DNA from: Hydrolagus affinis | Lineage: Eukaryota | Direction: 5' to 3' | DNA: 64,000 nucleotides | Assembly: GCA_012026655.1 (NCBI GenBank) | Contig: JAAILG010001350.1 | Coordinates: 1 to 64,000, forward strand | In this document: positions 10,511 to 24,921 of the stretch, one piece after another | Layout of the letters: each line of letters begins with the position of its first letter | Numbering within the stretch: position 1 is the first letter of the stretch | The notes under the pieces: generated by a model | Told to the model about the DNA's origin: nothing | What the model saw: the letters and a program-made list of their open reading frames with translations, nothing else | Databases searched by the model: none | Program-made: the position numbers and the translations under genes

Positions 10511-13500
10511 CCACCTGCGATCAGTCACACCACTTAAGAATAACAAACTAGGAGTCACATTACAAACCCATGCCAGATGGTAACAGAATGTTTTTCTGGT
10601 CTGCCCAGAATAAGTGGTCTTAACAATACGCCAACTCGCACCAAAAGCCAACATGAGTCATGCTATCGCCATCTGAAAACACGGCCCGAAACTCAGGTAA
10701 CCACTTATTGTCACAGGACCGGTATTTCTCGTTCAGGGATAGTCGCCGGGTCGGGTGGAGGGGGGGTTAGATCGACAAGTATGTCCAAGATGAAAATGAG
10801 TGCTAACTAGTCTGAGCTTCAAAGGAAGTTCTATGGGCGCAAGCGATAATACCACATGGATGCAAGCACTCCCCAGACTCTGTCTCGCGTGAAGGGCACT
10901 ATATCAACTGCAAGCTGTTTTTTGTTGTTGTGGTAAGTGAAGAAGCAGAGAGCAAGTCATTACTGAGTCATTATGTCACGGACAGTGATAACTTTACCAA
11001 CTGAGCCAATGCGGGGAGCCAAGAATGTTTTTTGTTTACAGACAATTAGAAGACAAATAGTTAGTTACACAACCCGTTAACATGCTATTTTTAAGCAATC
11101 AACTCTGACTTGTATTAGACTGCAACAAACAAATAATTGGAATGACCCTGCTAGTATTCAGTATGCTTCTTCTCATAAATAATTGGCATGTGGAGAAAAT
11201 GGGTCTAAGATACTGCAATGTGACATTTTAAAAAAAAAATTGTTTTAATATAAATGCAAATATAACCAATCTTTGCTGTATTGTCTTTTACTATTAAGTT
11301 CAAAAATCCCAACAAATCTCTTCGCTCACTTACATCTTAGAACCACTTCCCCATACCAGACTGTCTTTGCAAGATTTGATGAGATTGTTTACGGAAACAT
11401 TTTCTCAGTTCACTCACTTTCCTGTTTGGCCCGTTCCCCTCATTTGGCTTGATTAAAATGGTTAAGAAAGAAAGCAGCCATTGGGAAATTACCATATTCA
11501 AACTAAGCGCTCGATGGCCTACAGCCCTGTGATAAGGGAGTGTTTGCATGGTTTGACGTGGTGTTCATTTAATAATAATCCCTTTGTTTGGCATAACGCC
11601 TTTCACGTCAGAAGGATGTCCCAAATTAGGTTCCATTGTAGAGTTCAGGGAGTTGGCGATTTAGCAGAGATGTGAAAGCCAGGTCAAGTTGAAGTAGATG
11701 TTAATGGTCTATTATTCAGGAGGATGACATTGCTAAGAGATCTGAGATGAGGAAGGAACGTTGGCTACGAAACCAGCAAAACCCTTTTTTTAAAAAAAAC
11801 TACTATCTCACCATAAGATAGATCTTTAGCGAGTTGTCATTCAGTGATACAGCAAGACTCCCAGCGTTCTGGAAATGATGTGCTTGTGATCTCAATCATA
11901 CCCTGGTGTGTAATGTGGGTAACCCAACACAGGAAGATAATGTTTGTTTAAAGGAGTTGGGAAATTAAATGGACATAAATGTCAGTCTGATGACATGTCA
12001 AGTTTGGTTTGGGAATTATGAATCAACTACACAACTAACACATGCAGAAAAATGTTGGTCACTTAAATTCATTCCGTTACATATGCTGTACTGTAAAAAA
12101 ACAAAGTACTACTTTCGGTTCTCGAATATGGAAATATTCACAGAAAACTACAGTTGATTAGAAGTTACGTTACAGTACAAAGGTTCAGTTGGTTGGACAG
12201 TATGTCATTCACTAAAGTGACTTGACATTGGCTGGTAGATTCAGCGCAACAGCAACACAATTTCAAAACAAGGGATATTAGAGAAGAACAAATAGACATA
12301 ATTCATTCTCCAGCTACAGGAGTGATAACTTTTTTTAAAACTGAAATAACAAATCCACAAAAGGGCAACAGGATCAAAGAGTATTAATAAGCAATTGCTC
12401 GGTAAACATTAAACAGCTAACCCGATGATTTAAAGAGAAACCTCTCAATTACATAGGCTCCCAATTTGCGATAACATAAGACACTTCTATGGGGCAACTC
12501 ATCAAGGTATTGGTTTGGGGCAGCCTTCCACCAATTCATTTGCTAGAAAGTTGCAGCTGATTTCAAATACCAACTTAACAAATCATAATTTGTTTTGCCC
12601 TGTCAAGTATTTCTAAACGGACTCACCTTTGTGTCGACATTGTTACACCAGTTGTTATTCGGGAAGATCTGCCCACCAGATTATTTCATGAAATTACTGC
12701 TTTTGCATCATTTCCTGTTGCTGTAGTCTGTAAAGAACTGTGCTGAATTAGCAACCACATCCAGGAAATAATATTAGTTGCTTCTACCAATTGGCTGCCA
12801 ACAAGTAATACAGGCAATAGTATTTAATTGTGTTGCCTCTTTACATATAATTAAGTATTACGTTATAGAAACAGACCATCCAGTCCAACTAGTCTGTGCT
12901 GGTGTTTATTATGGTGTTCAATCACCAGGATGACTAAAGATCAAAGGTTATGGATATTGAACTGTAATTCATATCAGCTCACTGTACAAAAGAAATGACT
13001 TAATACCATAGAAACAAGGAAACCAAACCAAAATACTTGTGTGGATAAAGAGATGACATGAGATAACTCATGCGTAACGCGTAACCAAACTATTTTGTCT
13101 TAAATTGTAAGCTAGAATGTGGAAAATTCTTCAATTCAGTTATAATTTGGAAGCTGGTTCTGTGTAAGGACTGGAATAAAGTTATGAATGAATTGAAGAA
13201 TTTTCCACAGTTGACCAGACTCTTAAAGTTTTAAGTTAAAATGGTCTTACAGGTCGAAATTAAGGGTCATTTCAGATCTACTTACTCAAACAGTAATACT
13301 GCAATTTGGTTACTCCATTAGTTCACCTAGCAGAGGGAGGAGGGGTACCTGGCTGGAGATGGCTGCACAGATAAGAGAGGAGCAGGCATGTAGAGCAATG
13401 AAAACCAGGAAGAGTAATTTAAAATCTATCCGTAAACAAGGAAGGACAATCTCAATGTGACTTGATGCAAAGTGAAAGAATGCAAATGCAATATATCTGT

Positions 13501-14629
13501 AAACTCCTCAAGTCATTGGGACTAAATGACTCCTTGCAGCAGCAAACTCTGCTACGTTATTCTACATCGGGTGGTATGAGAGATTCTCAGATTTTAGAAG
13601 TTTTGAAATTCTTCTGCTCAGAGAGCAGTGAAGAAAAATCGTTATTGCTGACCTTATCACATTGCACAGGGTGGAGTCAGCAGCCTGTCATAGCCTGCCA
13701 CGCTATCACTCACTCTCTCTCTCTATCTCCCTCCAGTCTCTCTCTCTCTTACTCATTCACTTCCCCTCCCCCACCCTGCTACTCCAATTCACCATCAGAA
13801 CAAAAAGTTAATCAAACAGATTGTATTGTATTGATATAGTGTCAGGGACAGCGTGAAGGAGCGCTCGACAGCTCTGTGGTTTAAAGCCCAAACTGGAACT
13901 GGATGAGTGTCTGGGGTGGGTGGGTGGGTTTGGGGGTTAATGGGAGAAAGGAAAGGTGAACGAACGCACGATCGAAGAGAAAAATCAATATGTGATTTCA
14001 AGACGGACGCGGACGGAGCACATCGGGAGGGATTGAGGCAAAGAGTTCCGCAGGTTTGGGGCATGGCAGTTGAACGCAAGGCGGCCGACTGGAGAAAGGG
14101 AGGTCAACAAGGGGTGTGAATCAGACCCTGGCCAGCTGAGCAAAAGTGTCGGGTAGACAATTGAGTACGGTGAAGTGAGATTTATTTGCATGATGCATTT
14201 CTAACCCACTCTATCTGTGGAATAACCTTTGTACTCTACTCCAGTAATATTTTGTTGTTGATACAATATACGTCAGCGAAGTTGCTCTCTTGTGTTTACC
14301 CTGAGGTGCTGCTGTTACTTTGTGGACAAAGGTCTGTTTTCCTATTTCTCAGTCCACATGCACTATCTGATAGAGAGCGTATTTTATTGCTGCTATTGGC
14401 TAGAAATCCCACCTGGGTTTCAATTTATTCCATTCCACGCAGCGTTTCGCATTGCCCAGAATTCGCCAAGTTGTTGAACGCAGAGTCAAATTCAAAGGTA
14501 GTATTTCCGTACCAGGTGGTCTGAACTTACACTATCACACCATGGTTTGTAAATCCCACAACTAATAAGGGAGAATAACGCACGTAATAATGCACCTTCC
14601 ACCCGCCAAACCGGCAAGTTTACAACCAC

Positions 14630-14744
14630 ACGTTTCGCCCACAAAATACACAGGACAGTATATCCTGTGAAGCGCTTCGAGGCGTCTCAACGACGTGATA
14701 AGGCGCTGCATCAAATGCAAGTATTATTTTTATTACTATTATTT
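14630..14744 (+). mobile_element. SINE 3' tail fragment
   Basis: GTTTCGCCCACAAA...CTGTGAAGCGC...AAATGCAAG(TAT)n. Confidence 0.7.
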
Positions 14745-16352
14745 ATCACACGGAACTCTTCACTTCCCCCAGTATCCTTTCCAGGTAAACAATTTGCAGC
14801 GGCAATGTTATTCACAACAGCCATGTACGGATGCTGATGTACAACTGATGGATCCAATCAGACATTTAGTTAGATGTTCATTCCAAGCTGCTGTTGCCTT
14901 CAGCGAACATCAAATTTACAACAACAACAACACCAACTTTCATTATTTCTATATAGCGTCCCCTCACGCAGGCTAGAGACCTAAAGGCTTTACACAGAGT
15001 AACCAAAAAGTCTTGAGAACCACTCTATTCATCTTTTTTTTTAAATGTTTAAATCATCACTAGAGGAAGACTTATTAAAACATTTGTAATGGTATCACGA
15101 CTTTGGGTTTGATCACCCTGTATTTATTTACTTACAGGGGCTGGATTATTTTTTGTTGGGCTTCCAAAAAGGAGTTTTAGTGGGGTGGTGGTGGTGGTGG
15201 GAGGTGGGAGCAAAAAAAATCTTTGTAACTTGCTTTTTTTTTGCTGATATCCCTTTAAACTTCCAGCACAAGCCTGTGGCACAGTTGATGCGTCCATTTC
15301 CAATCGCTTCCTAACCCACATCATCACCACCTCCTTCTTTCTAAAGAAAGAAATTGCATTGAAAATCATACCATCAAATATCCAAATAACCTCTCTCTCT
15401 CTCTTTCTTGTGTTTCCTTTGAAAAAAAATTTTAATTAAAAAATACACGAGAAATGACCCTCCTCCCCCCTCCACAACACACAAAAAAAACCGAAGACAA
15501 TCATTTATAAAGAAGACCTATATTAGAGAGGTTAGCAATGGGCTAGCAAACTTCCTGTACACATGTAGATGGCTTGATTTTTTTCTGACTCACAGGAAAT
15601 AGGCTTTAAATAACATTATTTGAGGTATTAATAAAGCAATTGGCAATATCCAGAACCTTACCTCGCTTGGGTTTTGAGCGCATTGAAGATCAGATAACGA
15701 AACAGAGAGAGGGGGAGGGAGATCTCTTTGTTTGTTTTTTAAATTGAAGAAAGAAATGTAGGTTTTATTGGCTGATGAATCCGTGCAGCTGTCTGTGTGA
15801 TCTACCCCACACTCACACTGTAACACACACACACACACTGTAACTCTCTGTCTGTCTGTCTGTGTGTCACTGCTTGCCTTCAGCTGAGCAGTTTCTGTTT
15901 GACAAACCCTAAAGCTCTACCTACTTTTCATTGTCGTTTGTAATGTCTCGGAAATTACCTCACTTGTCACACCCAGACACAAGGCAACAACACACACACA
16001 CACACACACAGCATCAAACCCATGTCATTCAGTCAGTCAGACAGACAGACAGTCACTCATACACACAACACAGACACACAGGAGTTTGCTTTGAATGTAG
16101 GTTTTTGCATTTAACCTCAGAGCAAGTCAACAGCAATGCATCGATTGTTTTGCAGTATTGCATTTGAGTCTGAGTATGATAATGATAATAATAATAATAA
16201 TCCTGGCATTTGATAGGAGTGCTTTTCACAATGGTCGCGACAGGCTAATCGATGGTGAATCGCGCCATCTTTACGTGGAACGGAGCCCTCATTTAGAAAC
16301 GTGTGACTTGTTTGTGAAATACACTTGAGAGCGGGCTAAATCAAGAATGACC

Positions 16353-16705
16353 AGTTTCCTGGTTTCGGTTTGGCTTGGATATTCTTAAGTGATAGGAAAG
16401 TTTCCGCTTGCGTCAGACATCAGGCTGACCCCCCACCCCTTTTTTGTTTACTTGTAACAACAACATTAACGCTTGGATAGCACCTTTCAGGTCAGGAGGA
16501 CGTCCCGAGGCGATAAAAGAACACTGTGAAAGGAGGGCGAGCGTTTTTTTTAAATTTAAACTGACGTAATGTAATATTCGTCGAGATCCGCCCACTTTCT
16601 GAGCCTCGTGAACTGTTGTTTTCAGTATTAGGATTCTTTGGTGGTAAATTGCGGATGCTTTTAACGTGTCTCAAGGATGCACTTCGAAAACAAGGGAAAT
16701 TTCCC
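16353..16705. promoter_or_regulatory. Candidate interferon/NF-kB-responsive HELZ2 promoter module
   Basis: AGTTTCCTGGTTTCGGTTT (ISRE/IRF-like, 16353-16371), GGAAAGTTTCC (kB-like, 16395-16405), TGACGTAA (CRE/ATF-like, 16562-16569), palindromic GGGAAATTTCCC (16694-16705), in a locally CpG-enriched patch upstream of HELZ2. Confidence 0.6.
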
Positions 16706-19414
16706 ACCCACGCCACCCAGTTCAGTCAGGCTCCGACCCCGTTAAGCACTCCGAGACGCTACCTAGTGTGGAGGGCGCTATGTAAATACGAGCTGTTGTT
16801 GAAAAGCAGTAGCCAGTTACGCACAAGCAGTGTCTCAGTCTTGGATTGAGTACCAATTTTTTTTTAAAGGAATTATTACCCCCGGAAAAGCAATCTGCCA
16901 ATCCACTAACAACCAGGTTCCTACTTATTGCTTGATAAACAGAATCAAACTACCAGCAAGCGGGAAGAAAATTAACTAAAATAAGTATCTGATGGAATTT
17001 TAATCGCTATTGGCAGATGTGTGCGTGGAACATTTGAGGTCAGTGAGTGTGAATATCAAGCAGTTTCCCTTGTGCAACCACTCTTTTTTAAAAAAGGCAT
17101 TGTTTCTGTCAAAGCAGCAAGGCCTAAACTCTTTATTATTTCAACACTTCAAGATGCCCAATGTTTGCCAGTGAAAGTTTTTTTTTTACAAAATGGGGAA
17201 AAATGGCATTTTGCCAGAGACAAAATGCTTCAATACACCAACCGCACAAAAATAATCAAACAGCAGGCACAAATATAGAACAAATACTGTTAATGCAATG
17301 TTGTTTTGCAAAAAAAAAAGCCCTAATGTTACAGATTTTTATTTACAAAACCTTAATTAAAAGATCTTCTCTCCCAATACATTTCATCTGAAACACTGGT
17401 GTGATTTCATAGTATTTATCCAGTTCTAGTGTTCACATTTGCTACATTTATATCACTCAGTAACATTTGACTTCATTTACAAGGGGGCATTTTCTAACAT
17501 CTACAAGAATGAACCGATGCTGCGATGCTTGCGATCATCCCTCCGATTACCTTGCAGAATGCTGTCGGTTGGATGGATTCCCCGCCACCCCCCCATTCAG
17601 TGTCTCTATTCCTGCGTCTTTTGTAAGTGTATCACCAAAGGAAACATTTTTTGTGCTCTGTCTTTTTCCCCGAAATGTATTCCCATTTTACAAGTGATCA
17701 ATTTGAAAAGTGGAAATATTCTAAGCAGGACAATAAAATAAATGGCGATAAGATACTGTGAATTCTAAGTATGCCTAGCAGTTTACTGTAATCTATTGGT
17801 TTTTTTTTCCTTTTCTCATAACGACTTGCAGTAATGGCAGCACCAAGAAACTCAATATCTTCTAACGAATGTCACTTGGCACTGCAAGGAGAAACTGGAA
17901 CACTCCTGAAAAATAGTAACAAAGGTACTTTCACAAAATGGTAAAAACGCAGTGCAATTGAATCCCGATAAAGCACATGAGAGATACTTATAACTAGGAT
18001 TAGAAATGTACCCATATTCTTTGAGTGTGTGTGTGTATATATATATATGTATACTGTATAAAAATATATAAACTAATAGCTAGAAGGAATGGACAAAAGC
18101 CTGTAACGTGATTTCATTTTTCAGGTGAGGTTTCTAAACCAACCCATCACTTGTTTCCAGACATAAAATACAGCATTCTGTCTGTAACCAAGTTAAGACT
18201 CATCCCACACGAATGTGCTGAATCAGAATTATATTAGTCGCAAATGGAGCATTTATCTCATGCCTATTGGCCTAGACAATAGACTGGAAATTCAAATTAA
18301 TTTTCAACTTCTCTGATACGCAAAGTAACCTACAAAGCTACCAGTAAACTCAAAGATGGCTGAGAGTAAGTTGGAAACACCAAGATGGCGTGTGCTGAGT
18401 GCAGTTTCACGCACTTTCCCCAGTTGAAGTTTGCAGAAATCCACAAGGTTGTGTTGGCTTCTGTTTTTCTCACCTACTCCAATTTCTAACATAGCAATAA
18501 TGCTGGTGTCCGAATAGCAGGTCATTCACCCACCATCTTGGTGCATTCCCTGGGATGTCTTGAATTAAGACATTTTAACTCTCAATTGTGAGAGTTATAC
18601 ATAATATCCATAAAGCCTTCTTTGCACACTACTAGGGAATTCAAAAGACAATTTATCTTCAAATCAAAGATCCTGACAACATCCTTTCTCAATCAAACTA
18701 CTATATTTCAAGCGCTCTGAGATGCTGTCCAGCCTGAAGGGAGCTAATTAAATGAAAGTCGTTGTTATTTCTCAGTATGTTAGTTAAATTATTTAACTGA
18801 AAGCTTTGTTATTTGAATGAAATTGGATCAGTAAAAAAAAGCTCAAAAAGTTCAATTAACTTAAAGTTATGAATCATGATATAAGGTCTGTAGAGTATTT
18901 TAAATATTTCGTAAGTTAGAACACATGCAACCAAGTATAATGCAACACAAATAACTTTTTAGAACTTTTAACAAGCAATCATGGCTTTCAACTGTGATTG
19001 AATATCCACAAATAATTTTTGGTGAACTTGACTGGAGAATTTAGGCACTGTCTACCTTTAAACCTAAGACACAGATAATGTCTTCAATACCTTCAAGGTA
19101 AAAAGGAGAAAAAAAATACGATACGTAAGAAATTTGGGTCCACTTGTTTGCACAACATTTGTTTGTAAGTCTATCAATTATTTTGGCAACAAACTTTTTG
19201 AAGTGTTAAAAAAACACACACACAATGGGAAATTCATATCTTCCCTTTGGAAGCAGTTTTGCAAAGAAAAACATTGTTGCATCAGTTATTTTTATGGCCT
19301 GCACATTTATGTAGCCACATTTTCACTATTGTATTTATAAAAAAAAGGTATTGTGTTGTGGTTGCCACAAAATGGAAAACACAACAATTCTCTTGCACAT
19401 AGTATTTAAAACTG

Positions 19415-19420
19415 TTTATT
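19415..19420 (-). promoter_or_regulatory. Candidate GMEB2 polyadenylation signal AATAAA (another near 17338-17343)
   Basis: tttatt on the + strand about 650 nt past the stop codon; usage not demonstrable. Confidence 0.4.
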
Positions 19421-20071
19421 AAAAATCGAGTTTACTCATAGTACCCATTTGTTTGGATTCTGTCTGGTTTGCTTTTCATACATAACTAAAGCCTAAATTT
19501 CTGCGCTTTTTTTTCCAGCCTAAATACATTAACAACTGTACAATAGAAGTTGGGTTTCTTGAAGCTGTCGCTAAATTACAACAGCGTGATATTTACAAAT
19601 TCTCCAATATTAATCATGTGATTACCAAAACAGCACAATACGGTCAAATAATTGTTAGAAAACAGTGAGAGCACCTATTGTAAAGGAAAACTGCAATAAC
19701 ACAGTCAATTACAGATCTCTTGTAAAGCAACCACGAGACTATAACAGGTTTGAGTGTAATTAGGTATAGTAAAGCACACAAAGTACAGTGCAAAGAAGCT
19801 TTGTAAAACGCATTAGAAACAATTCTACCAAGCATGTCCGATAAATGTCATTAAGACAAAAGTCTGAAAAAGAGTTGAGACATGATTCCATGATTCCCGT
19901 TTCCATTTTGTAACCAATTGCCACCACTTGGCGGCACTGTTTAGGTTTTTTTATATATATATAAAAAAATCAACCTTAGTACGACAGACGTTGGTTGTGA
20001 TCATACTATTCTTATTCCGAGGTACATTCAGTGGCGTTTCTAAACAGAACGTAAAGCAGTATGTTTCAAGC

Positions 20072-20733
20072 CTACGGTTTTGGTTCAAGCTCTTCGCATA
20101 CTGACGTCACCTGTATCGTGGCATGTCCTTCACCTGATGTGCTGGTTTCGAGGGCATTAGACGGCACAGCCATAATTGTGTTACCGAGAGATGCCATCTG
20201 CGTAGTATTTTGCAGAGTGGTATTGAGCCCGGGAACTGTCGCGAACAGCTGGATTGGACTGACTACCTTCACCAGCGTGTTACCATCCTGGATGGCGGCT
20301 CTGCTGAGCACTGCTAGATTGGAGGCGTCTGGGTGGATTTCCACTGTGTTGGTGAGCCCCGAACTTGACGACGCCAGAATGTTGTACCCTCCAATCAACG
20401 GTGAGCCTGCGGTCGTAAACGTAGCCGTGTGTGAACCTTTCCCTAACGTGGAGGCTTGAATGGTAGACACTGTTGTCAGTTTCCCGATCGGTATGGTGGT
20501 CAGTTGAGAGACGGGTATGCCAGAGGTTAGGGTGATCTGAGTGGGCTGTGACGACGGGAGCACGTGAGCAGCCACTGTGGCTGGTCCTGACGTTGCTCTC
20601 GTCAGACGGGGCCGTTTGGAAGGAGGTGTGGCGGCGATCGGCGTGAGGTTCATCAGGACGTTGTTCAGATGCTGGGATTTGTGCTTTAGTTCTTTGGCTC
20701 GTTTCCGATGCTCATCGCATTGTTGTTCCAAAG
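20072..20733 (-). CDS. GMEB2: GMEB2 last coding exon (LEQQCDEHRKRAKELKHKSQHL...KRPRL...stop)
   Basis: tttctag acceptor; 662 nt ending in TAG; recognisable GMEB2 coiled coil, NLS-like PPSKRPRL and VEIHPDAS. Confidence 0.95.
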
Positions 20734-21086
20734 CTAGAAAGAAACATAACCCCAAAACACATAAGAGATGGTGGGCCCTTGAGCTTTCTTGGCTGTTTGG
20801 AAATGGATGTTTGCATTTGAAATAAAACGTACCTAGAGATTCTAAAATTGACTACATTTAGTTTTGCAGTAACTAACGTTGGTATAATGTATCACCACGA
20901 CTGCGTGTGGGACCCTGCTGTGCGCAATTGGCAAGTGCTCTGGGATGCTGCCCTGTACTATATAAATGCAAATTTTTGTTGTTCAAGCAGAATTCCACAT
21001 TCCTTTCAAATAACAAAGTGAATTCAGATTCTGAGTTTACAGCAAAATATAATAAAATGTTTTACATTAGCAATGGTGGTACTAAC

Positions 21087-21209
21087 CTGCTAAATCTCGC
21101 GTGTACTGTTCTCGAGAACGATCCATTTGACTTTTATGACCCGTCAAAACCTTTTTAACAAGGTCCAATAGACCAAAATTTTGTACAATATTGTTCAGAA
21201 TGACCACAT
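21087..21209 (-). CDS. GMEB2: GMEB2 coding exon 8 (DVVILNNIVQNFGLLDLVKKVL...QMDRSREQYTRDLA)
   Basis: Hand translation; ttttcag acceptor, CAG|GTTAGT donor; 123 nt. Confidence 0.95.
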
Positions 21210-21592
21210 CTGAAAAAAATAAAAACAGGTTGGAAAAACTTGTCCAGACTTTCAGCATTAAGTGTCAGCAAATAATAGGACATATCAGATCTTAATAAAC
21301 ATAATCAGTGACATCAACCAACGGTGAACATGAAACGAACATTGGTGAGTCGCCAATACAAAAAAGGATTCCAATTTGGCATGAACTCACAACGTCGCTC
21401 AGAAATGAACACGCATGAATAGGGGTAAGGCAGGGAGAATGTGGACATTCCATTCGAGACACAGGAGAAATTTCCGCATGTAGGTGGCGAGCTTAAATCT
21501 GGCTTGGATACCCGTACGCACGATGATAGGATTCCATTTGTGTCAGCCACTGGCTCCTCAGGTTTCTCAATTGAACTGTATATCGTGCTCAC

Positions 21593-21730
21593 CACTGACT
21601 TGAAGAGGGGGCTGCTGGAGTCGCTGGTGAAGAACTTTCAAGGTATTTTGCAACTCTTGTTGAAGTTCCTGTATGATTTCATCCATCAGGCCAGCATCTT
21701 TCAGCCCACGCCAAAGTGAGAAGGCATCCT
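21593..21730 (-). CDS. GMEB2: GMEB2 coding exon 7 (EDAFSLWRGLKDAGLMDEIIQE...)
   Basis: cacacag acceptor, GTG|GTGAGC donor; 138 nt. Confidence 0.93.
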
Positions 21731-22306
21731 CTGTGTGGTATGACAAAATATGGCAAAATGAATGATCGGGTTGTAAATATTCCTGCCACAATTGTGTAGT
21801 CAAACAACCCAAGGTTGGATATTATTGACAAAATTCATATTTGTGATGTAACTGCAAAAACAATGTCACAGTGAAATATGTTATCACTGCAGCCTTTGAA
21901 ACTGATCACTGATAAAGCTAACGAGGGGATTGTTAATTAATGTACTGTATTCAACTTGTATATAGAAAATAGAAAACTGCAAGTTTGTTTGAACATTTCA
22001 ATCCACAAAGGCCCATATGAATTATAAAATTTAATAGCTAATATTTGGTCTTTATTTAAAGCATGATTCAGATCGAAAACATAGTAAACAAAAATTATTA
22101 TACACTATTTTGGGAAAATGTTTTGCATCCAAGCATTATAAAGGATCCAAAATGTTTGCATAAATAATTTGCAAAGAATAAATTTCATTCAGTCACAAAC
22201 CCTTAAGCAGCGGTAACGCTGATCTCACTCATGAACCAAACCAGTTTGTATTTAGTGTATAAGCCTACATTAGGTAGCTACGAACAGAAGCACAAGATCA
22301 TAGTAC

Positions 22307-22378
22307 CTGCAATTGTAGTAATCCATTCACTGTTTTCCTCACAACTCTCGGCTGCAGATATGACTGATGAGCCATTAA
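22307..22378 (-). CDS. GMEB2: GMEB2 coding exon 6 (VNGSSVISAAESCEENSEWITTIA)
   Basis: tttttcag acceptor, CAG|GTACTA donor; 72 nt, phase 1 to 1; resembles the VNGSP...TCED...W segment of GMEB2. Confidence 0.88.
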
Positions 22379-24921
22379 CTGAAAAAGACACATTTGTGAA
22401 TTTAAAACAGAAAACCCTTGGTTATGGAATGATCAAGACATGTTGCTCTTCAGCTCAAAGCAACCTGCTGTAATTTTTATTTTTGGGTGGGGGGGGGGGA
22501 CTGAAGGAGAAACTGCCAGCAAAGAAAATATACTAAGCCACTGTGCTGCTCATCAATTTTTAATACTAACTTTTCAACTGAATTACATTTCTATATCCAG
22601 TATTTCATTTCAATTTAGTTACAATATTACGGTACATAATACACATCACACACTCACCACCACCAAAATATTAGATTTGGTATCAGATTTTATAGTTTTA
22701 AGTGCCTTTTGAGCCACTGGTAGATCTTAACAAAGATTTATGGTATTGCGTGGGTGGGAATAATCAAAAGGTTATGATGTGTAGATTGTTTAGCCTTTTG
22801 TTTTGTAACGTCCTGTGGTTCTGTTACAACTGGATGATTTGCCAGATGCCTTTATGCCCTGGTGTTTGTATTGGAATCTTGCTGCTCTAGTTATCTAGTT
22901 TTGGCAGCAGTCCAGAAAATGGGAGCCAAATTCTGAATTCAGTCAATGAGTTTGGATTGGAATATTTTGCACAGTACCTTGATACCCCATTAGTTGGGTG
23001 GCATGTATCCTCCCATCAGAACAGTACATACGCCACTGCAGTTGCCTGGCTACAACATGGAGAAAGCCTTAGAAATTACCATAAAGAGACTTTTTAAAAA
23101 AATCAATATCAATGGATAATCCTTTTCCTTCACTGCAATGATAAACCTGAATATTTGGGCTACAAGATGTCCACAATTTCACCAGCAGCTCCTCATAACT
23201 TCTGATTTCTGTTTTTTTTTTAGATGTGGGAGGGCTAGTAGTATTTGCATGATTTATTTTACTCCAGTTGAAACATGCATTGCTTTATGGATTCAACCCT
23301 TCTGCATGTCCACACAGAAACTGAATGTTTTGCTCCTTTATATTACTAATGTTTTGCTGGCATGAATTTTTTCAGCTCCTTGTCTATTTGATCAAGAGTA
23401 GGAGCTATAAAATTACCCACAAATGGATAATCATTTCCTGTGATAGCTATACCAGGCATTTTAAATAAATATGATATGTAAAGTTGGCAAAGTCTTTGGC
23501 CAAGCCAAATCAAGATGTGAATGAATTATGAATTCAAAACTGGAAAACTACAAAGATAGCTGTCAGAAGAAAAGAGGAAACAGATGGCTTTCCAATAGAA
23601 ATAGCATATACTAGTCCAACATGCTTCAATTTTTCAAAACCAATATTTTTAAGAAGCTGATTTAATATGCGTTTAAAGTGAATAGGAGAGCAATTCATTT
23701 CTTCCCTATAGAGGGATTTGACTATTAAGTGTAAATATATTACTAGCCCTTTAAGCAACCTTAGATTTCAAATGAAACCTTTCTTTTAACACTGAATAAT
23801 TTACACAGAATCCTCAAATGTATAATACATATATCACCATTGCAGTGAGACTATGCTGCTGGATAATAATAAAATAATAATATTAAAATAAATATGTGGT
23901 CTTATGTACATACGTTTCTGTGCAAAGCTAAGAAATTTAATATAATTAAAATGAACAGTCCAACAATCACAACTTGCATTTATATAGCTCCCTTCATGCA
24001 TTGTTGCATCACAAGAGTACTGAATAAGTTAAACACTTCTTAAATGCTAATTAAAATATCATATACATGTTAAAGCATTAAAAAATATATTTTGCTTAAA
24101 TTAAAACATTTTTAGAACATTAAGTAGAACAGGATGCAGCTTAAAGCAACCTAACAATGACAAATCTCCTATAAATTTTGTGTAGGTGATCTATGTTTGG
24201 AGGATAAACTTCTGACCACCCCGAAACACACACCTCCACCCACCCCAAATTTTGAAGCGGTTTTGTTAATTTGGACTCATTAACACCATACAATTTGCTG
24301 TTATTTTGCTGTGATGACATCAAGGAAGCACAAATACTGGCAAATAAATACAAGATCTCTGCTAGCTTTCTGACACTCAATGTGGATACTCCGAGGCTGA
24401 TCCCCAGGAATAAGATTTTTTTTAAAAACAAATACATTTCTATCAAATCTGGGCTTGCAAATGGCAATTGTCCTTTTTTGTCTTACTTTGTCCAAAGTTT
24501 ACCAACAAAGAAATGAACACACTTTTCTCTCACCTACCAACGTGGTTTGGAGAGATTCGTGTAACAGTAAGAGTATAACCTTGGAGAGATACAGAGTTTA
24601 CTGTAATTCATTTGAAGTGCTTTGAGATGTACTCCAAACAGCAAAAGTGCTATGTCAAAATATCAAAAGCCTAATTATATAGCATTCTTGGTGTACAAGT
24701 TCAAATGGCAGCATTATTATTTTTATTTATTTTAGTGCGTTATAAATGATCAAGATAATTAGATATGAATAAAAAATATATATAATCCCAGTAGTGAGAT
24801 TGGGTCTTTTGAGATTCAGTTTTATGAAAGATAAAATTTCAAAACAAAAGTGTATTTGTTTCTAACAAAAATGATCTTTCCTTAAATTTAACTCTCAGTA
24901 TTCGGATACAAAATATATTAC

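Noticed and set aside
18378-18543. 11-bp inverted repeat CACCAAGATGG / CCATCTTGGTG with YY1-like motifs downstream of GMEB2
   Set aside because: Too short, with no TSD and no second copy to support an element call.
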